Positions 54,003 through 54,028 of a stretch of 54,028 bases of DNA are shown here, piece after piece. The stretch is from an uncultured Bdellovibrionales bacterium (lineage in GTDB: Bacteria; Patescibacteriota; Minisyncoccia; Moranbacterales; UBA2206), in contig CAYTIK010000001.1 in the NCBI GenBank assembly GCA_964438025.1, positions 47,557 to 101,584 on the forward strand, in the 5' to 3' direction. Positions within the stretch are counted from its first letter, which is position 1. Every line of letters starts with the position of its first letter. The notes beneath the pieces are model-generated. The model had not been told where the DNA came from and made no database searches. It saw only the letters and a program-made list of their open reading frames with translations. Position numbers and translations under genes: made by a program.

Positions 54003-54028
54003 TTTTCTATCCGAGTGCAAGCTTCGCT

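Overview
This is an AT-rich bacterial chromosome fragment (GC not computed). The gene content and style suggest a small-genome Patescibacteria/CPR (Parcubacteria-like) organism; that assignment is inference. Almost everything is on the minus strand and is housekeeping. It includes a complete F-type ATP synthase operon (atpZ-B-E-F-H-A-G-D-C), five aminoacyl-tRNA synthetases (leuS, metG, glyQS, ileS, argS), and glmS, rlmN, rsmI, tgt, recO and rarA. A plus-strand block carries smpB, tmRNA, infC, rpmI and rplT. There is also a five-gene accessory block (32.0-36.1 kb).

The unusual signal is mostly non-genic.
1. A compact mobile-looking unit: an 84-aa GIY-YIG nuclease ORF bounded by CCCCGCACTAAC-type inverted repeats. 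It occurs as one intact copy, one frameshifted copy, and one ORF-less 65-bp copy.
2. Several families of short GC-rich hairpin elements sit inside essential genes in multiples of 3 nt (ileS, smpB, atpD, elp3, and a reverse-transcriptase fragment). One 36-nt family also lies just 5' of the tmRNA and inside a T-box leader.
3. An Ile T-box riboswitch with a canonical antiterminator/terminator and what looks like an ultrashort Stem I.
4. An intact tRNA-Ala(CGC) nested between the two halves of a second tRNA-Ala-like gene.
5. Two paralogous PaaX/Cas2-fold regulator genes, each bracketed by composite palindromes whose arms covary.

Homopolymer frameshifts interrupt atpH and one GIY-YIG copy; a parB-like gene is also frame-disrupted, but not at an obvious homopolymer. 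No rRNA or CRISPR array was seen. All coordinates and motifs were read by eye and no database search was possible.
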